Shown here: piece after piece, positions 12,850-25,926 of the stretch
How the letters are laid out: the number at the start of each line of letters is the position of its first letter
Position numbering within the stretch: the stretch's first letter is position 1
NCBI GenBank assembly: GCA_030265395.1
Contig: JARFYF010000066.1
Span: forward strand, 7,432,226 to 7,496,225
Length of the DNA: 64,000 bases
Direction of reading: 5' to 3'
DNA from: Rhina ancylostomus
Lineage: Eukaryota
Program-made: the position numbers and the translations under genes
Notes under the pieces: model-generated
Database searches by the model: none
Seen by the model: only the letters and a program-made list of their open reading frames with translations
What the model was told of the DNA's origin: nothing

Positions 12850-14670
12850 CTAATGTAACAAGCTCAATGTATCTCTATAAGGAAACTATAATAAAAGAGC
12901 AATGGCTATGTTATGATATTGGGAAATGTTACTTGGTGTTTAAGGTAGGCAGTGACCAGCACTGGAGTGCAAAGGTGAATTGCAATAGACAAGGTGGGGG
13001 GGGGGGGGGAAGGAATCATTGGGAAATGTTACAAAATTAGGGATGGTATTTGATTCAAGGAGAAATATAATGCTGGGGATAGGGAGCAGCTCAATTTGGC
13101 AGAGGAGGATGAAGGGGGAAATAAAGGGTCTCCCTGCAAAAAACATAAACTGACAGTAAAAGCATTCTGTGGAGAGATGGTGAAAATTTTGGTCTCTTGC
13201 AGTCAAAAATGGGAGAATTTAATGTGGTACAAAGAAATTGTGGATCGGTTGAATACATTGGGTCTGTCCTTGAGGAAACTCCCCAGTATGGTAGCCAATA
13301 GAAGGCAGGAACTGGTATTAGTAGGAAAATTGTACTAGGGAATTGATGGGATTAAATCCTAGAATATTTCAGAGGTCCCAGAAATTGATGCATTGGTCAC
13401 TTTCCAAAATTCTGTAGAATCTGGAGCAATTCCAAGAGACTAGAGTGTAGCGAATGTAAATCCACTACTTGTAGAAAATGGGGTATTAGACCAATTCACC
13501 TGACATCAGTAGTGGGAGTGAAAATGCTAGACTTTATTATGAAGTAATGGAGCACTTAATGTTGACTTTGTCCAGTCCTGTCACCATGTATTTAATGGGG
13601 AATCATGCCTGACAAATGCACTAGAAGTTTAAGGAACTGAGACTGAGAGCACCAGAGGATATGGTGTACTTGGAATGTCAGAAGGCCTTAAGGTCCTATG
13701 AGATTGGCATGCAAAATTAAGTGCATGGAATTGGGAGCAGCATATTGACATGGCAATCTGGTTGAAGGACAGGAAACGGGAGTAATTTGAGTGGCAGGCA
13801 ATGACTAGTGGGATATTGCAGAGCTGTGCTACAGCCTAACTATTGAATGTATTGATATTTAGATGAGGGAATTAAAAATAATCTATCCATGTTTGCAACT
13901 AATAAAGCTGGGTGGGAGTGGGAGAAGTAGAGGATGCAGAGAAGCTCCAGTGCGAGGTGGGCAATTGCATTGCCGATATGGTATAATGTGGATAAATGTG
14001 AAGTTAGATCATTACCCGATTGGCTACAGATAACATCTCCCCCTTTCCCAATGAGACCTGGGTGCCCTCATTCACCAGTCCAAGTAAGTTTGGAGATGCA
14101 GCAGGTGGTTGAGGACATGTGGTATGCTGACCCTGTGGAGATTTTGGTGCAAGACCATGGATGTCTTGGTGAGATCATGCCTTGAATATTGTGCACAGAT
14201 TTGGTCTCCTTATCTGAGGAGGGATGCTCTTGCCATAGAGAGTGCAGCAAAGGATTGCCAGATTGATTTCTGGAATGGTAGGTCCAATAAAGAGGGATTG
14301 GCTTTGTATTTGTGAGTTGAAGAACAAAAGGGAATGTCAAATGTACAAAACTCTTAGCAGATCGGGACAGTAGATGCAGGAATGATGTTCCTCATGTCTG
14401 GGGGAGTCCAGGACTTCAGTCCTACATGATTTGTCCCTTGTCCTTGGACTAATGATGAAGGGCAAGCCACATAGGACACAGATTTCTTCACTCAGGGTTG
14501 TGGATTTCCTTGCTACTGAAAGCAGTTAAAGCCAAATCGTGTGTTTGAGTTGATTTTCTTTACATACAATCTTCCAAGGGATATTGGAGGGAAGTGGGTA
14601 CTCCTTTTCGATGATCAGCTGTGATTAAATGGCAAAGCCAACTTGAAGGGTTTGAATTGTCCACTCCAAT
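12850..14670 (+). mobile_element. Decayed CR1 (HER1-like) LINE, RT and 3' end
   Basis: GESCLTN and DMVYL-like motifs at about 13600-13670; LVRSCLEYCAQIWSPYLRRDALAIE (ORF 14109..14315); CR1-type 3' tail at about 14610-14670. Confidence 0.8.
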
Positions 14671-14869
14671 CTGAGGGGCACATACCTATGAGTATATGGA
14701 CTGGAGCAAGACCATGACAAGTTGGCATCCTGCAGGGTAGTGCCAGGCAAGGTGCACTATCCTGCAGGGTAGTGCCAACCACTGTATACTTTGAAAAATC
14801 AATGCTGTTGTACAATATTGATATCAAAACAGAATTGACCTTTGACTCTTAAAGTTCATCCTGTTTTTT

Positions 14870-15560
14870 TCTCCTAAATGTATTGTTCTTGCTCTAAACC
14901 TATTCCCTCTAGTTTTGGACACCTCTGCTGTGGGGGAAAATTTTCCTTGTCCATGTTGGTCACAATCTTGTTAACCTGTCGGATCCCTTCTCTGTTCCAA
15001 GGGAAAACAAACCCAGCCCATCCAGTCTCCCTCCACAACTGATGTAGCATCCCCTCTAGTGCAATCATGTACTTCCTACATTGTGATGACCAGAATTGTA
15101 CACAGTCCTCCAGCTGTGAGCTGACCAATGTTCTACCAATAACTGCCAGCTGGTGTTCCACATCCAGCTAGTGAAGGGAGGTATTCCATATGCTTTCATT
15201 ACCTTGGCTTTGCTGTCACTTTCGAGTATCCTTGGCCTTGTACACCAGGATCTTCCTTCCTCTTCCTCCCACTCCCTAGAGCCCTACAATTCATTGTGTA
15301 TGTCCAACCCTTGGTCTTCCCCAAAGTGTATGACCTTGCACTTACTAGGATTAAGTTCCTTGTGCTATTGCTGTGCTGATCTTGTTGATCAATATAATCC
15401 TGTAGCCTGACCATCCTCACTGTTGACACCAATTTTTTTTTGCATCCTTTTGCAAACTTGCTTACTATCTATCTGCTTCCTATTCACAAGCTAATTTTGG
15501 ATCCAATTTGCCTTGTATCCCAAGGGTGTAATCTGTTGGCCTTGTGGGACCTTGTCAAAA
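14870..15560 (-). mobile_element. Decayed CR1 LINE fragment
   Basis: Minus ORF 14874..15161 contains RTLVSSQLEDCVQFWSS...ALEG, matching the CR1 LVRPxLEYCVQFWSP motif. Confidence 0.8.
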
Positions 15561-18426
15561 GTAAAGTCTTAAGTTCAAAGTTTGCATCCTTCAGTGTATG
15601 CAGTAAACTTCAGTTCCCTGAAAAGTACAAAATTGCTCTTCCCCTGTAGCTGGGTAACAGTCTCATGTTATTCATGGACCACTCAATACAACAGAAGTAA
15701 GATTTATGCACCCTGTTGTATGGTTTCTGGTATTGCATGTATCCATATTCCTACTGAATCTACTGTCCTATTTGTTCTTTGCAGTACTGCTTTGTTCAAA
15801 GCTTTGGGTCTGTTAATGCTATTAGCACCTAAATGACCTTGCAAACTGTCTGCTCATCTGAGGAATATCCAATGTACCATTTCTTTGATCAATATCTAAT
15901 CTTTTACTGTACACACCAATATCACATGCTGTTTTCCTTTTCAATGGACAGCTTCACTTTCCTGATTTGCCTTTAGCTTTGCACAGACCTTCCTGAATAA
16001 ATTCACACACCTGGTCACCAACAGAGTAAGTGCACATGTAATTGAGCAGTTTCTTTCAATGGAATTTTGTTGGGCCATGCCTAATCTTCACACTGCATGT
16101 TGTAGGGAACATGTTTAGATATCCAACGCTGGAAGCAATTGAAAAAAATTTGCATGGAAGCAGACATCAATTCCAAATTGTTCTCATTAGTGAGTGCAAA
16201 CAGTTCAGATGTGCTTAATTTTTGACAAGTCCTAATCCACTGAGAAATTGTGCTCTAGGTAGAATTGCCCTCCTATTTGGAGTTTCACTGAAGATTTGTT
16301 TTCAGATTCTTCTGGTGAATTTGGCAGAAAAACCTTTAAACCTAATGCATGATGGGTGCAAAACCAAACTTTTTTTGAGGTTTGTGATCTAAAGCACACT
16401 GCTGATTCATTGTCCTTCTGAGCTCTGGATTCTAGCTCCATCTCCAGCCTTGTTTAATTGCTTCTCCTTGGATCCAAGATTGGTCTGACTAGTATTGTTG
16501 GCCTATAAAGCCAAACTTGTTGCAGATGCCTTCATTCCAATGATGTATTGTTGGATGACGCTTGACTCCACCACTGACTATTTGCTGGTGGAAGCCAACC
16601 CTGTGTTTCACTACAAACAGACTTCACCTGAATCCCTTTGGGCAGGTGTGACACTAGTCTGGGAGATCTTGAGTAAATTAATTTACTTTGATCTGTTGCA
16701 AATTAAAAATACTTCCTCTCAAGAAATGTGTGGTCAACACCACATGAACAGGCAAGAAGGGAAATTAAATGACCAGTCTTTTGCTTTCAACTGGTGGATG
16801 CTGCAATCTTTAAAATCCCAAGCTCTAGCTGAACCTGATTCCTTTTTGAGCACTTTTTTTTTATGTTGACCGTAACTCCATTCCGCTGTGAGATGTGGTT
16901 TCTGTGATGGGGGAAGCAGATTCAAGTCACTTTCTGCCAACTGGATGAAAATTCAACCCAGACTAAGTCAACACCTCTCTTCCTCCGAAGGCTTTTGCAG
17001 GAGCTCTTGCTCCCACTTGGCATGGCAAGCACAATAGTGAAACCCAACTCTTTCTTGGTATGTGAATAGTGTTGCAGGATATGGTTTCCTTGAGGTTTAA
17101 AGGTATTGATAGTGGAGAATTTCCTGTTCATTCATTGTGCTGGATCTACAGTGACTTCAACCTGCCAGAGCATGGTTTGCATTGTTTTCTCAATTACCTG
17201 CCCTTTAGTTAGATTGACAGCCTCTTTGTAAAAATCAGGAGCTCTTTGAAGGTATGGGAGGAGTGAATTGCACCTTCTCTGGTACAATAGCAACTAGATT
17301 ACCCAGTGACAGCAAAGGAACAACCATATAGATTAGGATTAGTTTATTGGCATGTACACCAGGGTGCAATGAAATTCCTTGCATGTGAAGCTAATTTCAT
17401 CACATTGCTTTTGACTGGCAGTCATCAGTGATGGGAATCTCTCAGCTGTCCTGTCCCTTTTACTGCTCAGGCTGGTCTGAGTAGTAAATCAGTTGATACC
17501 CCTCTAGGTAAGAGGGTTGATGGTGCTTTGAGTGTACACAATAACAAATTCAGTGTGCTAAAGTCCCAGTAGCAAACAATCTAACCACTGAATTTTGAGG
17601 AATGCTATTTTTGGTGTGAAATGTTTTCAAAAATTGCATTCGGAATACCACAAAACTGCAGGAATCTGATAGCCAAGTTTCCATCTTTAACTACAGCAGA
17701 GACCAACTGGCCCATTCAGTCTGTGCCAACTACACAGTTCAATTAGTCCCACGGCCCAATCCTCCTACAATTTTCTGATGTTTATCAATTCTGCTACTAT
17801 GAATCTGTATCCTGTTCAATTAGTGCACAGTCCTAACTAGTAAAGCTGTGCTGTTCAGTGTAGCATTGGCAAATGCTGACAATTTTGCCATTGGAATCAT
17901 AAAATCCAGGCTGTTTGAAATTGGTCCTGATGCACTCACCTGCATACGGTCCAGCCAGAGCCATGGTCACTGCCTTTTGGGGTGGATCAGCTGTGCAGGG
18001 GAGCAGGAATCCAAGGCAGGAGTGGTAGGAGACTCAAGTGGTGCATAGATTGTACTTCTATAGTTGCAGATGTGAATCCAGGCTGGTGGAGTGTCCTTGG
18101 TGCCAGGATTAGGAATGATTTGTAGGCACTTTGAAAGGTGAAGGGGCAAACAGCCAGACATTGTGGTTCATAGTACTAATACATGGAATGAGTTATTAAA
18201 GAGAACATCCTAAGGTTGTGATCTCTAGATTATTTGTGCCGTGTGCTAGTGAGGGTAGGTTGTGTGGCTGAATGGATGGTGTAGGAGGGAGGGCTTTATT
18301 TCTGGAGCACTGGGACCATTTCTGGGATACAAGCAGGATGGGTTACACCTGAACCAGAAGTCCAGCATCCTTGCAAGGAAGTTGCCCAGTATAGTTGGGA
18401 GAATTTAAAATTTGGCAGGGGAAACA

Positions 18427-18703
18427 AGATGTATCTTTATTAGTCACATGTACATCAGAACACAGTGAAGTGCATCTTTTGCATAGTGTTCTTGGAGAAG
18501 CCTGCCAGTGTCACCACTCTTCTGGTGCCAATGTAGCATGCCCACAACTTCCTAACCTGTATGTCTTTTGGAATGTGGGAGGAAACAGGAGCACCTGGAG
18601 GAAACCCACACAAACACTGGGAGGACGTACAAATTCCTTGCAGACAGTGGCCAGAATTGAACCCAAGTTGCTGGCATTGTAATAGTGTTGCACTAACTGC
18701 TAT
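18427..18703 (-). mobile_element. V-SINE with Rex1-like tail, nested in CR1
   Basis: Reverse complement of the 27962-28248 and 46150-46387 SINE type (ctttattagtcacatgtacatc...ggaatgtgggaggaaacaggagcacc...gaattgaaccc). Confidence 0.85.
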
Positions 18704-20756
18704 AGTTTCCTTGTTTATTTGTAGCTCCTCTCCAACAGAACATTTTAAATCTGTTCAGTAGATATACCAGACTTGTGCATGATGGGGCACATGGAAGGAA
18801 TGCAAGGCTAACTGCAAATGGTAAGGCAGATGAACTTGCAGCATTGGGATGTGATATTGTTATCAGATGTGATTGAAAGGGTAAGACTGGCAACTCTACA
18901 CACTGGTGTATAGAATCAGATTTCATTGGGGACACTGCAACATCAAGGGCTTCATCACTGTGGTAATGTGGGAGGATGTCAAAGTCTCTTCAAGTGAGGC
19001 CATGTGGCTAGAGATTTGGAACAATGTGATCACCTTTGTGGGTATATTATAGGCCTCGGGCAGGAAATGAGAGAGCAGACAGGAGTAATAAGCTGATAAT
19101 AGCTGGGGACTTTAACTTCCCCAATATTAATTTGGATTGCTTTCGTGTGAAAGGCTTAGAGTGGAATTTCTAAAGTGCATGCAGGAGAGCTTTTTGAGCC
19201 AATATATTCCACTGGACCTGTTAGGGAACATAGCCAGGCAAGTGGTTGAAGTGTCAGCATTTTGGTGATGTTAACCATCACTCAGTAAATTTTAAGGTGT
19301 TTACTGGAACGTGCAAAGTTCGTCTGAAAATTAAGGTCCTGAATTTGGGGAAAGCTGATTTCAATATCATAAGACAGACAAAAGTAGACTGGGAGCAGCT
19401 GTTTGTAGCCATGTCTACATCCCAGTGGCATTCATTCAGAAGTAAAATTAAGAGTTTAATGTTGGTGTTCTTCTAAGGGTAGATGGTAAGGACAGCAAAT
19501 ACAAGGAATCCTGGATGTCATGGGATATTGGGGCCAGATAAAGGAAAAGGGGTTCATGATGGGTATAGAGAACTGAAAACAGAAGGGAATTGTTTAGGGA
19601 AGGTGAAGTGGGGTCGTGAAAAATCTCTAGCATTGAGGAAAATTCCTCAAATTTTAAATGAAGAGGGTAACTGGGGGGGGAAGATGGGGCCTATTAGGAC
19701 AATTTGTGGAGTTAAACTAAAGGATGTGGTGAGGTCTTAAATGAACACTACTTCCCCTTAATACAGATGAGGGCATTGTAGTTGATGTATTTGGAAGGGG
19801 TTGGGGGAAAAAGAAAGTGAAATTTTGCTGCACTTTGCCATTGAAAAGGAAGTATTTGATGTCTTGGTGGGTTTGAGTCTCATTCCAAGCTGCTGGGGCC
19901 TTGACAGAAAGGATTTTTAAATCTTTCTGACTTCAAGTAAGATGCCAGAAGGTTAGAGAGCAAATGTGGTACCCTTGTTCAAGAGCAGCAGCAGGGATAA
20001 ACCAGGTTAAATCACTGGCCTGCGAGTCCAAGGTCTGTGCTAAAGCTATTGGGACAGGATTAATCTGCCCTTGGAAGGGCAGGGATTAACCAAAGATCAT
20101 TGGTATAGTTTTAGGAGATCCTAACTGACCAACTTCTTTTGGGAAGAGGTAACACTTGTTGAGGAAAATGCATTTGATATCATTTGCATGGACTTTAGTC
20201 TTACTAGGTCCCACAAGGGAACAATTCAAAATTTGGAGCCCATGGGCTCCAGAGAAAATGCATCAAGTATGAGATGGAAGGTGACTGGTGGAGGGTTGTT
20301 CTGTCATTGAAAGCCTGTGACCAGTGGTGTACCATGGATCTATGCTGGAACACTCACTATTGCATGCATACACCTCACACATTAACAATTTGAATGTGAG
20401 ATTAGCAAGTTCAGATGATGTGAATTGTGGTGTTGATGGTGAGGATCACTGTTGGCTAAAGGATGATGTGGAGTTGGTTTGGGCAGAGCCATGATGGATG
20501 GAATTAATCCTAATATGTACAAGATGATCCTGTACTGGTAGGACATCAATGATAGGGCCCCAGGGAGTATGGAGGAACTGATTTTTGGTGTACAAGTCAA
20601 ATGATCTTTAAAGTGGTGGCACTGGTAGATGTGTTGGTAAGGCAGGCATATGAGATACTTCCATTAGTCAGGACACAATATAAACATGGAAGTTTTTGTA
20701 CATTTGATTAAGCCATGGCTGGAGTACTCTGTACAGTTCTGGTCACTGCACTGTAG

Positions 20757-20885
20757 GTATATTGTATGTGATTATTTTCTTGCAAAATGCTGTTTATATG
20801 ATGCTATGTGCCTGTGATGCTGCTGAAAGTTTTTTTCACTGCACCTGCATGTGTACTTGAGCACATAACAATGAATTTGACCTTG
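20757..20885 (+). mobile_element. Rex1-type 3' tail inserted into CR1
   Basis: Inverse of the tail at 22410-22510; it splits the CR1 motifs QFWS and LERVQR. Confidence 0.6.
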
Positions 20886-22224
20886 GAATTATACTGGAGA
20901 GGGTGCAGAGAAAATTTACCAAGTTGCTTGGAATGGAACACTTGAATTTTGAGAAGAGACTGGATAGGCTGGATTTGTTCTCCATGGGGCTGAGGGGGCC
21001 TGAAAAGTGTTCAATGTTTGGGGGCATGGGGTAAATGGAGCAAACCTCCCCCATGGCAGAGATGTCTAATACTAGGTTTAGGTTAGAGGGGATCTGAGGG
21101 AGAAATACCCCATCCTGAGGGTGATTTGAATCTGGAACATGCTGCCCAAGTGGTAGAAGCAGGTACTCCAACAATATTGAAGTATCTAGGCAGGCATTTC
21201 AATCCCATTTGCCACCACTTGGCCCATGGCCTTCCATGCCTTGGTGATTTGCATAGAGGTAGTTGGTTGGTATGGATGTGGTCTTCTGAGTGGTCTGTTT
21301 CTGCACTGTGACTGCATGTACTGCTTTATCTCTCCAGTGCTGACCAGGCAGTACTCCAGTATTTTGTATATGCTGCCTTTCATTAAAGCATTCTTCAAAT
21401 TCCAAACCTCTCCAAGCTAGTTTTCTATGGAAGATAACACTGGCTTAGCAAATGCTTCCCTCCAAATATTTTGCTTTCTGTGCCTATGTTTTGTATGGGC
21501 TGTCATTTTTAATTGAAGCTTAATCCCCAGTTTCCAAACATTAGTGATAACCTCAGTTGCACTTTTGTTACAGTTGCATTTGTACCTTCTGGAGTTTTGG
21601 CTCGAGTACTGCTGGAAAGTGGGTAAAAATTTTGCTATTAATTGTGAAATCGGAAATGTGCAAGATTCCCTCACAAGCAATTAATTTCTAATGTGGGAAG
21701 CTGCAAGGTTTGTTTGTGTCCCAATGATGGGGGTAAGGCAGTTGAATGAAAGGAACTGATTCTAATTAACCTCCTCAACCCTGCTTACAGGAGGTGAAGG
21801 AGTCCCACAGCTCCCATGTAAGGGAGAGGGAGAAAGCATTGAAGAAACTGGAATGCTGCAGCCATTTCTTGTGGCAACTAGATTAGTGAAATGCCATGAT
21901 ATATTTGTCAAAACTTAAAATCTTAACTTCCGAACCTTGAATGAAGAAATCCACTTTGCCAAGATCAAAGTTGACTACACTCAGCATAATGCTGAGCAGA
22001 AGTCTGTCTGTGAACTTTGAGGCTGTGAGTGGATCAGAACTTTGTCCCATATTCGGAACTTGTACTGACATTGGCCATTCGCTCCTCCTCCACATGGGGA
22101 ATGTCAGATTGTAGCTGCTCACAAGTTGCAATAAAAAGTTGCTTTTAAATTCGATATCCAGTCTGTACTTAATGGTTTTGATGCCCAAAGCATTTAATAC
22201 CAAAAATTGGTGTTTCTTTTTGTA

Positions 22225-23280
22225 TTCATTCATTCAAGGGATGTGGGCTTTATAGGCTGAGCCAGCATTTAATTACCCATCCCTAGTTGCCCTTGAAGGT
22301 GGTTGAGCTGCTATCTTGAACCACTGCAGTCCTTTAAGTGTGGGTACACCACAATGCTGTTTGTGTTGCAGGATTCAAAGGAGGGATAGTGTGCGGCTTG
22401 GAGGAAAGTAAAAAGTAGTTTGTCATTGTACAAGTGCGTGGGTGCAATGAAAAATTTGCTTACAGCAGCATTACAGGTGCACAGCATCATATAGGCAGTA
22501 TTCACAAAAACACCTTAAACAAATTGTGCAAAGAACAGTCCTTTGTAGTGCAAAGTGGTCATCATTTTGCTATACTGAGGTGGTGATTAGGGTTGTGCAG
22601 CTTGGTTCAAGAAACAAATGGTTGAAGGGAAGCAGCTATTCTTGAACCTGGTGATGTGGGACTTAAGGTTTCTATATCTCCTACCCAATGGCCTGGATTG
22701 GCATGGCCCAGCTGGTGGGGATCTATGTTGCCTTGTTGAGGCAGCACCTCATGTCGATACCACTGGTGAGGAGAGATGTGCCTGTGAGTTAGGCTGAGTC
22801 CACTACTCTCTGCAGCTTGTGTCTCTTGTGCATTCAAATTCCTGTACCAGACAATATGCAACCAACAGTATTTCTGCAGAAGTTTGACATGCTGAACCCC
22901 TAACTTCTAAAAGTAAACAACTTTAAGGAGGTGGGTGGTATTCCCATACTTTTGCTGTCCTTGTTCTTCTGGCTAGTTGACGTCACAGGTCTGGAAGGTG
23001 CTGTCTGAAGTCTTGGTGAGTTGCTGCAGTGCATCCTATAGATGGTACAAACTGCTATTACTTTGAATGTATGAGGTACCTATTGAGTGGGCTGTTAGGT
23101 CCTGCATAGTGTGGAGCTCTTTGAAGCTACATTCATCCAGGCAAGTGGGGAGTATGCCATCCCACTGATCTGAGCCATTTTAGATGGTGAACAGGTTTTG
23201 GGGAGTTGCTTGCTACAGGATTCCTAGTCTGACCTGCTCTTGTAACCATGTTGTGTAAATGCTACTCCAGTTCAGTGCTC
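22225..23280 (-). mobile_element. Decayed LINE 3' portion (CR1/L2 group), interrupted by a Rex1 insertion
   Basis: attcattcaagggatgtggg...gccagcatttaattacccatccctagttgcccttga tail; the inverse of the same family lies at 55690-55945. Confidence 0.6.
22410..22900 (-). mobile_element. Rex1/Babar-type LINE 3' end
   Basis: The minus strand gives frameshifted PGH.. GRRYRNL.S.ITRFKNSCFPS motifs plus the 3'UTR tail. Confidence 0.75.
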
Positions 23281-24549
23281 TCTCAACAAGATTGAGAGAA
23301 TATTTTGCACCAAACTTTATAGACTTGCACTGTGATGGATATTCACTTTTTTTTCCAGGCCCCGAAAAGGGTTATTGCTAATCTCAGATTTTTAGCACAG
23401 CAGCGTGACTGTCCAAAGGCCAAGAAGTGGTTGCTCATTGAGCTAAACTCCCTTTTGCAATGGCAGCAGAAATTGTCCAAGGCTCAAGATGTTTGTTTGC
23501 TAAGTTAAACTTTTAACCAATATTCCCCGCTCAGCCTCTTAACATGGAACCGTGGGATCCACATTTACTTGAACACTCCAGTCACCTGGCCTGACAATAT
23601 GGTTTGGGGGGGGGGNNNNNNNNNNNNNNNNNNNNNNNNNNNNNNNNNNNNNNNNNNNNNNNNNNNNNTATGATGCTAAGTGGGGGGTGGGGGAACAGTA
23701 AATGTTAGAAAGCAGTCGGGGGTTACAGAAAGAGGACTTAGAATTCATTCCACAGCCTTTGGTTTTTGCAATGGACGACTTGTTCTGCAACTTGTATGAC
23801 TTTTTAGTTTGTAAGAATTGTACTTGTGTTTGGAAGTCCTTTGTAAGCTACAAGTCATTAAGAAATGCTTATTAGAATTGTCTCACTTGAAAAAAATAAT
23901 CTGCTTAAACTGCTTTATTAGCTGGAAGTATCTTTCCTTAATTGGGAGGAGGGACCCACAGCTCATAGTGATTATTGGCAACAAGCTCTTTCTGTAGAAA
24001 CTGAAGTAAACTAGTCCTTGAAGTGTAGGTTGACAGAATCTCCCTATAGTGAGGGCAATCCATAGATACTTATGCCAGATAGAACTTGGTCTTGACTTTA
24101 AGTTTAGAACTCAAATTATACAATTAATACCATCACAACACGACAGAATGGATGTGTTGTATTGCCCATATTTAATTGAATGGCCTCCTGTGGAATCCTA
24201 AACAAATGCTTAGTGTCAGGATGGCTCTAATCAATTTGTGGTTTATTAAAATAGATACTTAAATGACAAGTGCCTAAATTGACTGCAGGAAATTCCCAGT
24301 GTTTGAGGGTAGTGGTATTGTGGTTTTGATCCACAGCAGGGTGTATAGAAGTCTGGCCAAGGCATAATGTGTAAGAATATTCTGTATAATATTTTAGCAG
24401 TTATAGACAGTGCTGTAGTTTCCCTTTTTGTTCTAAGTAAACTTCAATATAAGTGAAATTCAAATCATTACACTTTTGAATAATTAGTATGTGAACATTG
24501 CAAGCTACAGGGAATTATTTATTCTGTAGTAAATGTTTCAAACTACCTG

Positions 24550-25926
24550 ATCTTGGAACAAAGCCTGTCAGATTTTTGGCTACCAGGTATCAGTCGTGTC
24601 ATAAACCTGTGGTGGTTGATTATTTTGCTTCAGAGGTTTGGGCATTGGTACGTGGGTGATGAGGATATCTTCATGGTCCCTTGGGTGGGGATATCAAGTG
24701 GGTGCCAGTGGGCAGACATGAGGCCCTATGCTTGCCCAGTGTGGGTTATGATGAGACGTTCTCCAAACATTCTTCTTGGAAGGTCCTCGTTGGAATTTGC
24801 TTCTGCTGTCCATGTCTTGTCAAGAGATTCTTCTCTGACCTTGGCATTGAAATGACCTGGGAGGAAGGTTTGTCTCATTCTGGATGTGGGCCAGCAGGTG
24901 TCTTGTCCACCTAGTCAGAAGTCCTCTGCCTCGTCCATATCTTTCAGGTTTGGAGAGACTCTAGTTTTGATTCTGCAAGTCAAAGGCTTTGCTAATTCTG
25001 CAGGATGAGTTGCTGAGCTGCCAAACTCCTCCCTGACAGTGAAGTTTGTACCATGAGGACATTCCTCTTCTAGTTGGCAATGCCACTTCAAGGGTATTGT
25101 TGAAGTTGACTGTTTGAATTAATTTTTAACATGTATAGTGTTTAATACACAAGTGGCTGCACGAGGTATGGCCGCTTACTAGCTTATTGGTTAGTTCATC
25201 AGGTGAATATGTGGGTTTTTTCATTGGTTTGGCCACAAGTATCTAATGGGTTTCGTGATTGGACTATCCTTAGCTAAGGAGTATCTCTTGGGTATAAAAG
25301 ATGTCGTTTTTTTTTTGTTAATCACTCTTGCTCTTCCTCCCCCCTGACCTGAGCTTTCTTTTGTTCCCTGTGTCTTAGCTCATCAAAGCTAGTGCCATGT
25401 GCTCTGTGACTGGTTTCTTTGTTATTAAACTTTCCAATAACACTTTGAAGCACCAAGTTGTTTTCAGCTCATTCCTGGACTCCTGAAAGAACCTGTGGAT
25501 TTGAAAATAACCAATCTGACAGTATCCACCACTGTTGTCTGAACTGACACATTCCCTGCCAGTATGTCTTTTGCTGGTGGTAATGTCAACACTCGAACAA
25601 GGTCCCAAGCTATAGCAGGATGACATTCAGGTCTGGCAGTGTTGGGGCTGTTCAGGAGGCTCCTGGCATACCACATTGTGGAGTAGATGTTACCTATACT
25701 TAGGTTCTTGCAATATGGGGTAGCTGTTGCACACCAATTATCCCTAGACATGACAGTGAGGTCTTGATGAAGTGGTGAGAGACTAAAATTAGGGATGACC
25801 ACATGGGAGCTCATGCTTGTGTTCAATGGCTCCCTCCTGGCTGTAGTCTCATTTCCTGTTTTCAATCTCAGTCCTACACCTGGCCCCAGTTGAAGGTATT
25901 CCTATCAGAGGTGGGAGTGATGGAAG
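24550..25926 (-). mobile_element. RTE-type LINE 5' part (AP endonuclease), split by a solo LTR
   Basis: Minus strand: MWYARSLLNSPNTARPECHPAIAWDLVR (like RTE TWNVRTLLDNPxxxRPERRTALVARELAR), GGY, DK..GHFNAKV (GDFNARV), LIITHT, HWHPLD. Confidence 0.75.
25098..25521 (+). mobile_element. Solo LTR (424 bp, ERV/Gypsy type) with 4-bp TSD GTAT
   Basis: TGT...ACA termini; GTAT at 25094-25097 and 25522-25525; ATTGG x3 (25186, 25223, 25258); TATAAAA at 25293; ATTAAA at 25424. The RTE sequence rejoins when the LTR is removed. Confidence 0.85.

Larger units (their letters stand above)
17990..21320 (+). mobile_element. Long decayed CR1 LINE (ORF1 esterase remnant, APE, RT, 3' tail), interrupted by a SINE and a Rex1 tail
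   Basis: VVGDS (~18022) and QPDIVVH (~18151) SGNH-like motifs; GDFNFPNI at 19105; LEYSVQFWS (~20719); LERVQRKFTK (~20894); tail at ~21290-21315. Confidence 0.85.

Noticed and set aside
14727-14777. 19-bp direct repeat ATCCTGCAGGGTAGTGCCA with a 13-nt spacer (CRISPR-like look)
   Set aside because: Only two units in vertebrate intronic DNA with no cas genes; a local duplication.
16230-17150. Possible L1/Tx1 endonuclease remnant on the minus strand
   Set aside because: Only faint GDFN- and SRIDY-like traces; too weak to call.
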